NCBI RefSeq assembly: GCF_006345805.1
Contig: NW_021829593.1
Span: 1 to 32,533 of the forward strand
Direction: 5' to 3'
From: Octopus sinensis
Taxonomy: Eukaryota
DNA length: 32,533 bases
The first letter of the stretch is position 1; each line of letters starts with the position of its first letter. Both the position numbers and the translations under genes were made by a program. The notes beneath the pieces were generated by a model. It was given only the letters and a program-made list of their open reading frames with translations. It was not told where the DNA came from and ran no database searches. This document shows, piece after piece, positions 10,131-21,119 of this stretch.

Positions 10131-11325
10131 GAGTGAGAGAGCAGTTCATGCCATCAAAGTGACACTGGGGTAAAATATACGAAGCCCAATATACCCATCA
10201 TGACTACCCGTCTGATAAGGGTACACCAGGCACATGCATCACAACCATATGTGCGCGACATGGTGATCTCATATCAAGATAAACAGCACATGACCTTGCA
10301 GGTGGGACCCAGTTAGAATTTTCTTCAGGTCGAGTAGCCCATCCCGCTCAAAAGGTCCCTGAATAAGGGTTGTTTAAGGATGTTGAAAGAACCACCCATG
10401 TTTCCAGAGGTGAATTATTCGAAACCCCAAAGAATCCCTCTCAACACATGGCTATGATGCTCCCCCACTACTTCTGCTCGTGATCAGAGATGCACATATC
10501 GTCAGCCACTAAGGGACATGGTGATCTCATATCGAGATAAACAGCACATGACCTTGCAGGTGGGACCCAGTTAGAATTTTCTTCAGGTCGAGTAGCCCAT
10601 CCCGCTCAAAAGGTCCCTGAATAAGGGTTGTTTAAGGATGTTGAAAGAACCACCCATGTTTCCAGAGGTGAATTATTCGAAACCCCAAAGAATCCCTCTC
10701 AACACATGGCTATGATGCTCCCCCACTACTTCTGCTCGTGATCAGAGATGCACATATCGTCAGCCACTAAGGGACATGGTGATCTCATATCGAGATAAAC
10801 AGCACATGACCTTGCAGGTGGGACCCAGTTAGAATTTTCTTCAGGTTGAGTAGCCCATCCCGCTCAAGCGGTCCCTGAATAAGGGTTGTTTAAGGATGTT
10901 GAAAGAACCACCCATGTTTCCAGTGGTGAATTATTCAAACCCCAAAGAATCCCTCTCAACACATGGCTATGATGCTCCCCCACTACTTCTGCTCGTGATC
11001 AGAGATGCACATATCGTCAGCCACTAAGGGACATGGTGATCTCATATCGAGATAAACAGCACATGACCTTGCAGGTGGGACCCAGTTAGAATTTTCTTCA
11101 GGTCGAGTAGCCCATCCCGCTCAAAAGGTCCCTGAATAAGGGTTGTTTAAGGATGTTGAAAGAACCACCCATGTTTCCAGAGGTGAATTATTCGAAACCC
11201 CAAATAATCCCTCTCAACACATGGCTATGATGCTCCCCCACTACTTCTGCTCGTGATCAGAGATGCACATATCGTCAGCCACTAAGGGACATGCTCAACT
11301 GGTTAAGGTCAAACAACTGACAAGC

Positions 11326-11326
<1 letters not shown>
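10131..11326 (-). mobile_element. Unclassified retroposon 3' portion with (AAT)n tail, embedded in (TTA)n
   Basis: A block of higher GC content bounded by (TTA)n on both sides. The minus strand ends ctctctcactcaataataat. No ORF. Confidence 0.6.
10259..11289. repeat. Tandem array of 4 x about 258 bp
   Basis: Units start catggtgatctc at 10259, 10517, 10775 and 11032. The junction microhomology is gacatg. Confidence 0.97.
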
Positions 11327-11371
<45 letters not shown>

Positions 11372-11384
11372 CAGCTGTGAGATG

Positions 11385-11590
11385 GCAGAATCATTAGCAT
11401 GCTTGGAAAAAGGCTTAGCAGCATTTTATCTGTCGTTATGTTCTGAGTTCAAATTCCACCAAGGTCGACTTTACCTTTCATCTTCTCGGGGTCGATTGAA
11501 AAAAGTACCAGTGAAACACTGGCGTAAATATAATCAACGTACCCTGTTCTTGAACTTGCTGCCCTTCTGCCAAAATTTGAAACCATTATT
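11385..11590 (+). mobile_element. SINE-B, diverged single copy
   Basis: tggcagaatcattagc (A-box), ttctgagttcaaattcc (B-box), gtcgactttacctttcatc..ggggtcgat..aagtaccag, then a (TTA)n tail. Confidence 0.8.
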
Positions 11591-11609
11591 ATTATCATTA
11601 TTATTATTA

Positions 11610-11839
11610 TTGTAGAAAAGATTGTTTGCCAACATAACATGGCAGTCCTGGTTTAGGACGAATGTTGCTTTAATTTAGCCCCAGGTGACATCGTCTCCAG
11701 CTGGCTATATAACACGATCTGTGTCCTTATATTTTCGAACAAGGGATTCTAGCACCCCCACTCAGCTCAAATCAATATCTGTGGCTTTTGTCCTAAACCA
11801 GGACTGCCATGTTATGTTGGCAAACAATCTTTACTACAA
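11610..11839. mobile_element. MITE with about 49 bp terminal inverted repeats
   Basis: tgtagaaaagattgtttgccaacataacatggcagtcctggtttaggac versus gtcctaaaccaggactgccatgttatgttggcaaacaatctttactaca (1 mismatch). No clear TSD. Confidence 0.85.
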
Positions 11840-11928
11840 GGTACTGTTGCTGAATATCTCACGTTGTGAGATTTAAAAATAGTAATTTTCTAATTATTAT
11901 TATTGTTATTATTATTATTATTATTATA

Positions 11929-11975
11929 AATGGCGGTGCCCCAGCATGGCCACAGCTCATGAGCTGAAACTAAAA
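11929..11975 (+). mobile_element. Isolated SINE 3' tail
   Basis: ggcggtgccccagcatggccacagctcatgagctgaaact. The same tail is reverse-complemented at about 25610 and 26020. Confidence 0.75.
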
Positions 11976-12029
11976 TCAATCAATCATTATTATTATATGT
12001 TTGACTTTTGCTTTACATTTGCACAAGCT

Positions 12030-12032
12030 GGC

Positions 12033-12082
<50 letters not shown>

Positions 12083-12170
12083 TAATAATAATAATAATAA
12101 AACATTAACAAAGAAATAAAGAAAGTAGTAGTAGTAGTAGTAGTTAGTAGTAGTAGTAGTAGTGGTAGTA

Positions 12171-12221
<51 letters not shown>

Positions 12222-12295
12222 AGGCTGGTGGTGGTAGTACTAGTAGTACCTCCTGATGAGTAGGAAGAGGAGGCGGAGGAGGAGGAGGAATGACC
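12030..12295. repeat. (AAT)n, (TAG)n and (GGA)n microsatellites
   Basis: Direct reading. Confidence 0.9.
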
Positions 12296-12474
12296 CAGTG
12301 AAAAGTATTATGTAGCATTTGAAAGGGTCTTCGAAGGATGGAGGGTGGGGACAGGCAACATGGTCACAGTAACAAGGAGAGGAGGAAGAGGAGACAAATA
12401 GGTTGGTCTAACAAGTGATCCTCTGATAGGGAAATAGAGAGAGAGAGAGAGAGAGGTCTTCAGTGAGCCAGTCC

Positions 12475-13131
12475 AGCAGATGGTTACGTGCAGAACCTTC
12501 TTAAGTTCCAAGTGTTATGCATACAAAATTTCCTGCAACTGCCATGGTTTTAGGGGTTGTCAGCAATGATGGACATGTGATGCCTCCTTACTTCTTTCCA
12601 CAAGGCCTTAGAGTTAACTCTGCCACCTACATTGAGGTCTTGGAAATAATTGTTAAGCCCTGGATACAAAGTGCATGCAATGGAAGGCCATATGTGTTTC
12701 AGTAAGACTCTGCACTATCACACATGGATCTAGTAACACAGGAATGTTGGCTGAAAGTGTATATGATCACGTAACCCCTAATATTTGGCCTCCTAATTCC
12801 CCAAATCTCAATCCATTACATGTGGAGCGTTGTTGAGAGAGAGAGAAATGTCAATGGACATGCCCATAACACCAAAGATTCTTTGAAAGCTGCCATAGAA
12901 AGTGAAGTCCAAAATGAACCAGGACTACTTGATTTGAGCCTTTAGATGATTTAGACCTCATATAGAAGCAGTTGTTGAAGCTTAAGGTGGCTTTATTGAA
13001 TAACATTATAGAAAAGAAAGTTTATTTTTTATCTTCATAGCATTTTTTGATAAATAAAGTTATTATCTGTTATTATATATCTGCTTTTTTATAAACATAA
13101 ATTTGTCCTCAAATATCTTATGCACCCTGTA
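12475..13131 (+). pseudogene. Decayed maT (DD37D)-type Tc1/mariner transposase, 3' half, with right TIR
   Basis: MHTKFPATAMVLGVVSNDGHVMPPYFF...GRPYVFQ*DSA, later WPPNSPNLNPL and SLKAAIE. Terminus tcttatgcaccctg-TA at 13116-13131. Stops and frameshifts are present. Confidence 0.85.
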
Positions 13132-13150
13132 TATGTATGTATGTATGTAT

Positions 13151-13526
13151 GAGAGTCAACGGCCATCCAATAAATGTCTTAAGGCTGTATCATGCGCAGG
13201 GACATAGAAATAATCGGACTGAATACCCGATCACGCAGTTAAACCATTGGGAGTGAAGGACTCCTAGCCTTTGTTAGGGCATCCTTCAAGGAGAAGGTAA
13301 CTCAGGAAACTGGGATAACTCTGACATAAAGCCTGCGGCTCAGTGGTTACTGATGATGTTGACTTGTTCTTCTTTTCGGATTATGGCTGCTGTTGCTTAG
13401 TGAGTGGGGTTGACTCAGTGCACAGCCTTTCCTCACTTTAAAAAAAATCTTCTTGCACAGGCATTGCATAATAACAACATTGATTAAGCTTCGTGCATGG
13501 CCATACTCGATAACGAGAGGGCTGCC
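13151..13526 (+). mobile_element. 5'-truncated copy of element D inserted in (TGTA)n
   Basis: Reverse complement of 165-545. Confidence 0.88.
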
Positions 13527-13557
13527 TGTATGTATGTATGTATGTATTATACATATA

Positions 13558-13705
13558 ATGGGCTTCTTTTAGTTTCCCTCAACCAAATCTAATCACAAAG
13601 CACTGGTCAGCTCGAGGCTATAGTAGAAGACATTAGCCCAGGGTGCCACACAGTGGGACTGAACCTGGAACCAAACCGACATAGCTGGAAGCAAACATCT
13701 TACAC
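13558..13705 (-). mobile_element. Diverged SINE-A 5' half
   Basis: gggcttcttttagtttcc...gaggctatagtagaagac...cagtgggactgaacctggaacc. Confidence 0.8.
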
Positions 13706-14149
13706 ATTACACACACGGTCAAACATTTCACCTCCCTAGAAATAAAATACCCGTGTTTCAGATGGCTAGCTAGACTGCGCACTCAGTATAAAGCAGGGTA
13801 GGATACCAGGAGTAGGACTAAACTGACCATTGCAGGAGAGGAGGGAGAGAAAAACCTGGATAGGCAAAGATGGTATAGAACAGTTGAACGTGGGCTGAGT
13901 AAAACGCTTCTTACGTAAGGCAACTCAATGAGTGATGGTAATGTTACATCAGAACAATAACGAGTCATTGACGAATTATTTTGCAACTGGAAAGAAGTGG
14001 TTTAATGAAAGCAAAACAAAAAAAAATATTGGCTAAACTGGCAAAATGACCGTTCCGAAATTCAACAAAAAAAAAAATAGTGATTTTTGTCATATTTTGT
14101 GACAGTCATTTAAAAAATTTTTTTCTTATCAAATAAACACGCACTATAT

Positions 14150-14432
14150 ACTCTTTTACTCTTTTACTTGTTTCAGTCATTTGACTGCGGCCATGCTGGA
14201 GCACCGCCTTTATAGTTGTGGTGAAAGAGTACAGCAGGGTTCACCACTACCCCCTGCTGGAGCCTCGTGCAGTTTTAGGTGTTTTTCTCTCAATAAACAC
14301 TCAACGCTTGGTCTGGGAATTGAAACCGCGATCCTACGACCGCAAGTCTGCTGCCCTAACCACTGGGCCATTGCGCCTTCATTCTTCACACATGGCCACA
14401 GTCAAATGACTGAAACAAGTAAAAGAGTAAAA
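14150..14432. mobile_element. Composite: SINE-A tail (-), third-family SINE head (-), SINE-A tail (+)
   Basis: cttttactcttttacttgtttcagtcatttgactgcggccatg at 14152 is mirrored by catggccacagtcaaatgactgaaacaagtaaaagagtaaaag at about 14391. The middle matches 3455-3627. Confidence 0.85.
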
Positions 14433-14475
<43 letters not shown>

Positions 14476-14529
14476 ATATGTGTGTGTATGTATGTATGTA
14501 TGTATGTATGTATATATATGTCTATGTTT

Positions 14530-14815
14530 ACAACTATCAACTATATATATATAAACTATATATGTGACTATATATCTATCTACATAAACTACACACACAA
14601 ACACACATATTTATATATCTATATATATCTACATTTACATATACATATAAACTATATATGTGACTATGTATCTATCTACATAAACTACACACACATATTT
14701 ATATATCTATATATATCTACATTTACATATATATATAAACTATATATGTGACTATGTATCTATCTACATAAACTACACACACAAACACACACGTATTTAT
14801 ATATCTATATATATA
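14530..14815. repeat. About 80 bp AT-rich minisatellite, resuming at 15850-15990 after an insertion
   Basis: taaactatatatgtgactat(a/g)tatctatctacataaactacacacaca occurs three times here and once at about 15877. Confidence 0.9.
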
Positions 14816-14816
14816 T

Positions 14817-15847
14817 TGTTACGAACCTGCCGTCGCTCAAACTCAAACCCGGGACCCTACTAAGTCGAGCGACGACGAGTGACCAGCTCAGTCGAACGGG
14901 AATCTGCCACACAGAGAAAACGGTGGTGGGGGGATGGCAACGAACTCGAACCAGCGACCAGAGATAACAACAACAACAGGAGGAAGAGATAGAGAGATGG
15001 CGGAAGGCAATTTGCTTACATTTAAGAACAGTTTATAACAATCATTACAACATCAAATAAAACGTGAAACATATCAGATACATTAAAGAAAATAACATGC
15101 AACGGAATTAAAAGAAAAACAACCAATGCATTTAAACATAACACGTCATTCGAAAACAATCAAAGGCATGCACGATACACCAAGTCCGGAGACAATCAAA
15201 ACAGTTCAAATTGATGCAATATAGTTCGGAACAGTTCAACATTAAAGTCTTTCTCTTTCTTTCTTTTCTTGCTCTTTTCCTCAATTCACAATGTTCTCTT
15301 TTCTTTGACACAATTCTTTTTTCCTCTTCATCAATTCTTTTTTCTTAGTTCTTTACAACAGATTACAATTTACGTCACAATCTCGTTTCTTTTACATTTC
15401 ACATCAAAACATAAACAAAAATACTGTTACGAACTCCTACTACAATAGCTGTGCCTTTCTGCCGTAATCCCTCTCTTTCGCTCTACATGTCCACAGTGCT
15501 ATCTGTCTGTCTTTCTCAACGTTGTCGTTGCCTCTCACCATCCCCACCTCGCATCGACTGCTGTCCCTTGCCAGCTGACTCTTTTCTGGCCCTTTTGACT
15601 GTCTCAGGCAGAACTGCCAAACTGCCCTGTTGCCATCTCACTGTCTCAGGCAGAACTGCCAAACAAACCCAGCTGGTCGCATTTTAAAGGGTGGTTTCTT
15701 AAACTCTGCTTGACCGGAAAAGAGTCAGAGGTCTCTTCCAAACCCATTAATTTCTCCAGAAACCGACAGGACAAAGGCTTTATCCGTCTGCCTGGCGCCA
15801 AACCACAAAACCAGGCCACAAGCACTCTGTTTCTCAACTGACCTCCA
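14817..15847. mobile_element. LTR-like insertion of about 1.03 kb (TG...CA), unclassified
   Basis: Interrupts the minisatellite, begins tgttacgaac and ends acctcca. tgttacgaac recurs at 15426. Internal 25 bp direct repeat actgtctcaggcagaactgccaaac. The TSD is not clean. Confidence 0.45.
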
Positions 15848-16384
15848 TATCAATATCTACATTTAGATATAGATATAAACTATATATGTGACTATGTATC
15901 TATCTACATAAACTACACACACAAATACACGCATATTTATATATCTATATTTACATATACAAACATCTATATATCTATCTAACTATATATGTAATCTTCA
16001 TAATCACATAATCACCTAAACAGGCTGCTGCAGTCCATCATCAACCAGTGGCGTCCCTTGGATATCATCTACGAGTCACACTGTCTCTGCTCCAACAATG
16101 GAAAATTTTGCATTTTCAATCATTTTTCTGGAAAACATGTTATGACCTACTACTACAGCTACGACTACTGCTACACCTGTTACTACTTGTACCTATACGA
16201 ATATAGCCACTGTTAGGACAGTGAGTGAAACAAAGAAAATGTACAAAATTATTAAAATCACTCGACATTGGATAAATGGTACGAGCATTGAATAAATATA
16301 TTAAAATTGTATGAACAATGGAAAAAGCTGTACTATTTTGGACAGAAGACACACAGACAGACAGATAATCATATCTGTTGAATG

Positions 16385-16950
16385 GCTTCAGTGCCAGTGG
16401 CACGTAAAAAGCACCATCAAAACGTGGCCGGTGCCAGCGCCGTCTTGACTGGCTTCCGTGCCAGTGACATGTAAAAGTAAAAAGCACCATCCAAACGTGG
16501 CCGATGCTAGCGCCACCTTGACTGGCTTCCGTGCTGGTGGCATGTAAAAAGCACCATCTGAACGTGGCCGATGCCAGCACCACCTTGACTGGCTTCCGTG
16601 CCGGTGGCACGTAAAAGGCACCATCCGAACGTGGCCAATGCCAGCGCCACCTTGACTGGCTTCTGTGCCGGTGGCATGTCAAAAGCGCCATCCGAACGTG
16701 GCCGATGCCAGCGCCGCCTTAACTGGCTTCCATGCTGGTGGTACGTAAAAATAACCAATCCAATTGTGGCCGTTGCCAGCCTCGCCTGGCACGTAAAAAG
16801 CACCCACTACACTCACGGAGTGGTTGGCATTAGGAAGGGCATCCAGCTGTAGAAACACTGCTAGATCAGACTGGGCCTGGCACAGCCTTCTGGCTTCCCA
16901 GATCCCGGTCGAACCAGCCCACCCGTGCTAGCATGGAGAACAGACATTAA
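16385..16950 (+). mobile_element. RTE 3' UTR copy with at least 5 x 67 bp internal tandem units
   Basis: gc(a/g)ccatc starts at 16411, 16484, 16551, 16618 and 16685, followed by aggaagggcatccagctgtagaaac and gctagcatggagaacagacattaaac. Confidence 0.88.
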
Positions 16951-16997
16951 ACGCGTGTGTGTGTGCATATGTACGTATGTATGTTTGTATGTATGTA

Positions 16998-17556
16998 TTG
17001 GGTTGACCAGAAAGTTCGTGCCACTTTTAAAGGAAAGAAAAAGGTCAATAAATACTTGCCATTGCATTTCTAAACAACCAAATATGAACCATTTTGTTGC
17101 ACAATGCGTCTCCATCTTTCCTTTAACTTGAAAATACCCTCTTCCCAGAATTCAGGTAGTTTCATGGCAAAGAATTCATCAAGGTATCTTTTTACATCAT
17201 CCAAGGAATTTTTACCATTAAGACTATTCTGCAGAGGCCTGAATAAGTGGAAACCCGAAGGAGCAATATCTGGTGAATATGGAGGGTGGGGTAACACATC
17301 CCAGCCGAGCTGCAGCAATTTTTGTCTGGTTCCCAAAGCATCAAGTGCCGAAAATGAACTTTCTTATCTTCCATTTTAAAGAGTTACAGAATTAACACAG
17401 GTTATAGGAACATAAACCTTCTTCCACGAAAAGATAGCTTAAGCTGTGCTCTAAATGGAGGTGTAGTCAAATCCTATTTTATGGAATCAACCATGTTCTA
17501 AAATAAGTCAAAAGGTAAGCTACTATAAATCGGCACAAACTTTCCGGACAACCCAA
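16998..17556 (-). mobile_element. Internally deleted mariner element with TA flanks and both TIRs
   Basis: TA-ttgggttgaccagaaagttcgtgcc at 16996 and ggcacaaactttccggacaacccaa-TA ending at 17558. Confidence 0.92.
17070..17374 (-). pseudogene. mariner (DD34D) transposase remnant: N-terminal 15 codons fused to the C-terminus
   Basis: MEDKKVHFRHLMLWE joined out of frame to GTRQKLLQLGWDVLPHPPYSPDIAPSGFHLF...ERWRRIVQQNGSY. The third catalytic D of YSPDLAPSD reads G. Confidence 0.92.
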
Positions 17557-20436
17557 TATCTTGAGAGAAAAGCAGAGCTAGCTTAAACTGTGCTCTAAAT
17601 GGAGGTGTAGTCAAATCCTATTTTATGGACTCAACCATGTTCTAAAATAAGTCAAAAGGTAAGCTACTATAAATCGGCACAAACTTCCCAGACAACCCAA
17701 TATCTTGAGAGAAAAGCAGAGCTAGCTTAAACTGTGCTCTAAATGGAGGTATAGTCAAATCCTATTTTATGGACTCAACCATGTTCTAAAATAAGTCGAA
17801 AGGTAAGCTACTATAAATCGGCACAAACTTTCCCGACAACCCAATATCTTGAGAGAAAAGCAGAGCTAGCTTAAACTGTGCTCTACATGGAGGTGTAGTC
17901 AAATCCTATTTTATGGACTCAACCATGTTCTAAAATAAGTCAAAAGGTAAGCTACTATAAATCGGCACAAACTTCCCAGACAACCCAATATCTTGAGAGA
18001 AAAGCAGAGCTAGCTTAAACTGGGCTCAAAATGGAGGTATAGTCAAATCCTATTTTATGGACTCAACCATGTTCTAAAATAAGTCAAAAGGTAAGCTACT
18101 ATAAATCGGCACAAACTTTCCAGACAACCCAGTATCTTGAGAGAAAAGCAGAGCTAGCTTAAACTGGGCTCTAAATGGAGGTGTAGTCAAATCCTATTTT
18201 ATGGACTCAACCATGTTCTAAAATAAGTCGAAAGGTAAGCTACTATAAATTGGCACAAACTTTCCAGACAACCCAATATCTTGAGAGAAAAGCAGAGCTA
18301 GCTTAAACTGTGCTCTACATGGAGGTGTAGTCAAATCCTATTTTATGGACTCAACCATGTTCTAAAATAAGTCAAAAGGTAAGCTACTATAAATCGGCAC
18401 AAACTTCCCAGACAACCCAATATCTTGAGAGAAAAGCAGAGCTAGCTTAAACTGGGCTCAAAATGGAGGTATAGTCAAATCCTATTTTATGGACTCAACC
18501 ATGTTCTAAAATAAGTCAAAAGGTAAGCTACTATAAATCGGCACAAACTTTCCAGACAACCCAGTATCTTGAGAGAAAAGCAGAGCTAGCTTAAACTGGG
18601 CTCTAAATGGAGGTGTAGTCAAATCCTATTTTATGGACTCAACCATGTTCTAAAATAAGTCGAAAGGTAAGCTACTATAAATTGGCACAAACTTTCCAGA
18701 CAACCCAATATCTTGAGAGAAAAGCAGAGCTAGCTTAAACTGTGCTCTGAATGGAGGTTTAGTCAAATCCTATTTTATGGACTCAACCATGTTCTAAAAT
18801 AAGTCGAAAGGTAAGCTACTATAAATCGGCACAAACTTTCCAGACAACCCAATATCTTAAGAGAAAAGCAGAGCTAGCTTAAACTGTGCTCTAAATGGAG
18901 GTTTAGTCAAATCCTATTTTATGGACTCAACCATGTTCTAAAATAAGTCGAAAGGTAAGCTACTATAAATTGGCACAAACTTTCCAGACAACCCAATATC
19001 TTGAGAGAAAAGCAGAGCTAGCTTAAACTGTGCTCTAAATGGAGGTTTAGTCAAATCCTATTTTATGGACTCAACCATGTTCTAAAATAAGTCGAAAGGT
19101 AAGCTACTATAAATCGGCACAAACTTTCCAGACAACCCAATATCTTGAGAGAAAAGCAGAGCTAGCTTAAACTGTGCTCTAAATGGAGGTGTAGTCAAAT
19201 CCTATTTTATGGACTCAACCATGTTCTAAAATAAGTCGAAAGGTAAGCTACTATAAATTGGCACAAACTTTCCAGACAACCCAATATCTTGAGAGAAAAG
19301 CAGAGCTAGCTTAAACTGTGCTCTAAATGGAGGTTTAGTCAAATCCTATTTTATGGACTCAACCATGTTCTAAAATAAGTCGAAAGGTAAGCTACTATAA
19401 ATCGGCACAAACTTTCCAGACAACCCAATATCTTGAGAGAAAAGCAGAGCTAGCTTAAACTGTGCTCTAAATGGAGGTTTAGTCAAATCCTATTTTATGA
19501 ACTCAACCATGTTCTAAAATAAGTCGAATGGTAAGCTACTATAAATCGGCACAAACTTTCCAGACAACCCAATATCTTGAGAGAAAAGCAGAGCTAGCTT
19601 AAACTGTGCTCTAAATGGAGATGTAGTCAAATCCTATTTTATGGACTCAACCATGTTCTAAAATAAGTCGAATGGTAAGCTACTATAAATCGGCACGAAC
19701 TTTCCAGACAACCCAATATCTTGAGAGAAAAGCAGAGCTAGCTTAAACTGTGCTCTAAATGGAGGTTTAGTCAAATCCTATTTTATGAACTCAACCATGT
19801 TCTAAAATAAGTCGAATGGTAAGCTACTATAAATCGGCACAAACTTTCCAGACAACCCAATATCTTGAGAGAAAAGCAGAGCTAGCTTAAACTGTGCTCT
19901 AAATGGAGGTTTAGTCAAATCCTATTTTATGAACTCAACCATGTTCTAAAATAAGTCGAATGGTAAGCTACTATAAATCGGCACAACTTTCCAGACAACC
20001 CAATATCTGAGAGAGAAAAGCAGAGCTAGCTTAAACTGTGCTCTAAATGGAGGTTTAGTCAAATCCTATTTTATGAACTCAACCATGTTCTAAAATAAGT
20101 CGAATGGTAAGCTACTATAAATCGGCACAAACTTTCCAGACAACCCAATATCTTGAGAGAAAAGCAGAGCTAGCTTAAACTGTGCTCTAAATGGAGATGT
20201 AGTCAAATCCTATTTTATGGACTCAACCATGTTCTAAAATAAGTCGAATGGTAAGCTACTATAAATCGGCACAAACTTTCCAGACAACCCAATATCTTGA
20301 GAGAAAAGCAGAGCTAGCTTAAACTGTGCTCTGAATGGAGGTGTAGTCAAATCCTATTTTATGGACTCAACCATGTTCTAAAATAAGTCGAAAGGTAAGC
20401 TACTATAAATCAGCAAGAACTTTCTGGACAACCTAA
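17436..20436. repeat. Satellite-like array of 21 x 144 bp made of the mariner 5' subterminal region + TIR + TA + about 20 bp spacer
   Basis: agcttaa unit starts occur at 17436, 17580, 17724 ... 20316, exactly 144 bp apart. Each unit contains aaat(c/t)ggcac..ctt(t/c)cc.gacaaccc(a/g)ta. Confidence 0.98.
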
Positions 20437-21023
20437 TTATATTATGCATTTTATATTTCTATAAATATACGTTTTATAAAACTAACGCAGAATAAAAACA
20501 ATACAAAGATAATTTAATTGGTAAATATTTTTATTAAAATCTATAAATTTGTATTTCTTTACATGATTATGATCGTTTATAAACGTTATGAGATGGTGAG
20601 TGTGTGTGCGCATATGCATGTACGTGTGTGTATATATTTATATGTACACATATGTATACACACACACTTAGATATATACACATGCATGCACATGTGTATA
20701 GTCATATGTACACGTGTATACATACACAAACATTATATATATATATTGCATAATATATATATATTGTGTATACATATATATATATATGTATCTATATATG
20801 TGTATATATATATATTGTATATATGTGTGTGTGTGTATATATATATATATAGGTATATATACATATATGAAGATATATATATTGACTGCATACATGTATA
20901 TATACACTCACATGCAGATACATGTACACACACAAACAAATGCACATGTACGCATGCACACACACACACACACACACACAAACACAGAGAAAAAACTTTA
21001 TGTATATATATAGCTATAAGCAC

Positions 21024-21119
21024 CTTGTCTTTGTGTATAATCTTCATTGGTAGTAAAACAGGGAACAGCAAGACTAGTTTCACTTTCATATATGGATTTC
21101 TTCAGCAACTGAGCACCCG
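21024..21119 (-). CDS. Candidate 96 nt internal coding exon, product unknown
   Basis: Non-repetitive island with tttaag| acceptor and CAAG|gtgctt donor, phase 1-1, reading GAQLLKKSIYESETSLAVPCFTTNEDYTQRQ. Splice sites are weak and I recognise no homolog. Confidence 0.2.

Noticed and set aside
10480-10520. CTGACGA on the minus strand of the 258 bp unit as a hammerhead core
   Set aside because: No stem II closing onto a nearby GAAA and no stem I partner could be built.
13783-13986. 67 aa ORF, and plus-strand LDRQRWYRTVERG resembling an RTE C-terminus
   Set aside because: The similarity is limited to a few residues, with an in-frame stop upstream. Not supportable without a search.
17436-20436. 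Possible CRISPR array or retrozyme array
   Set aside because: Units are near-identical over their full length, with no unique spacers and no cas genes. Neither strand has a CUGANGA/GAAA core. The unit is explained by the mariner end.
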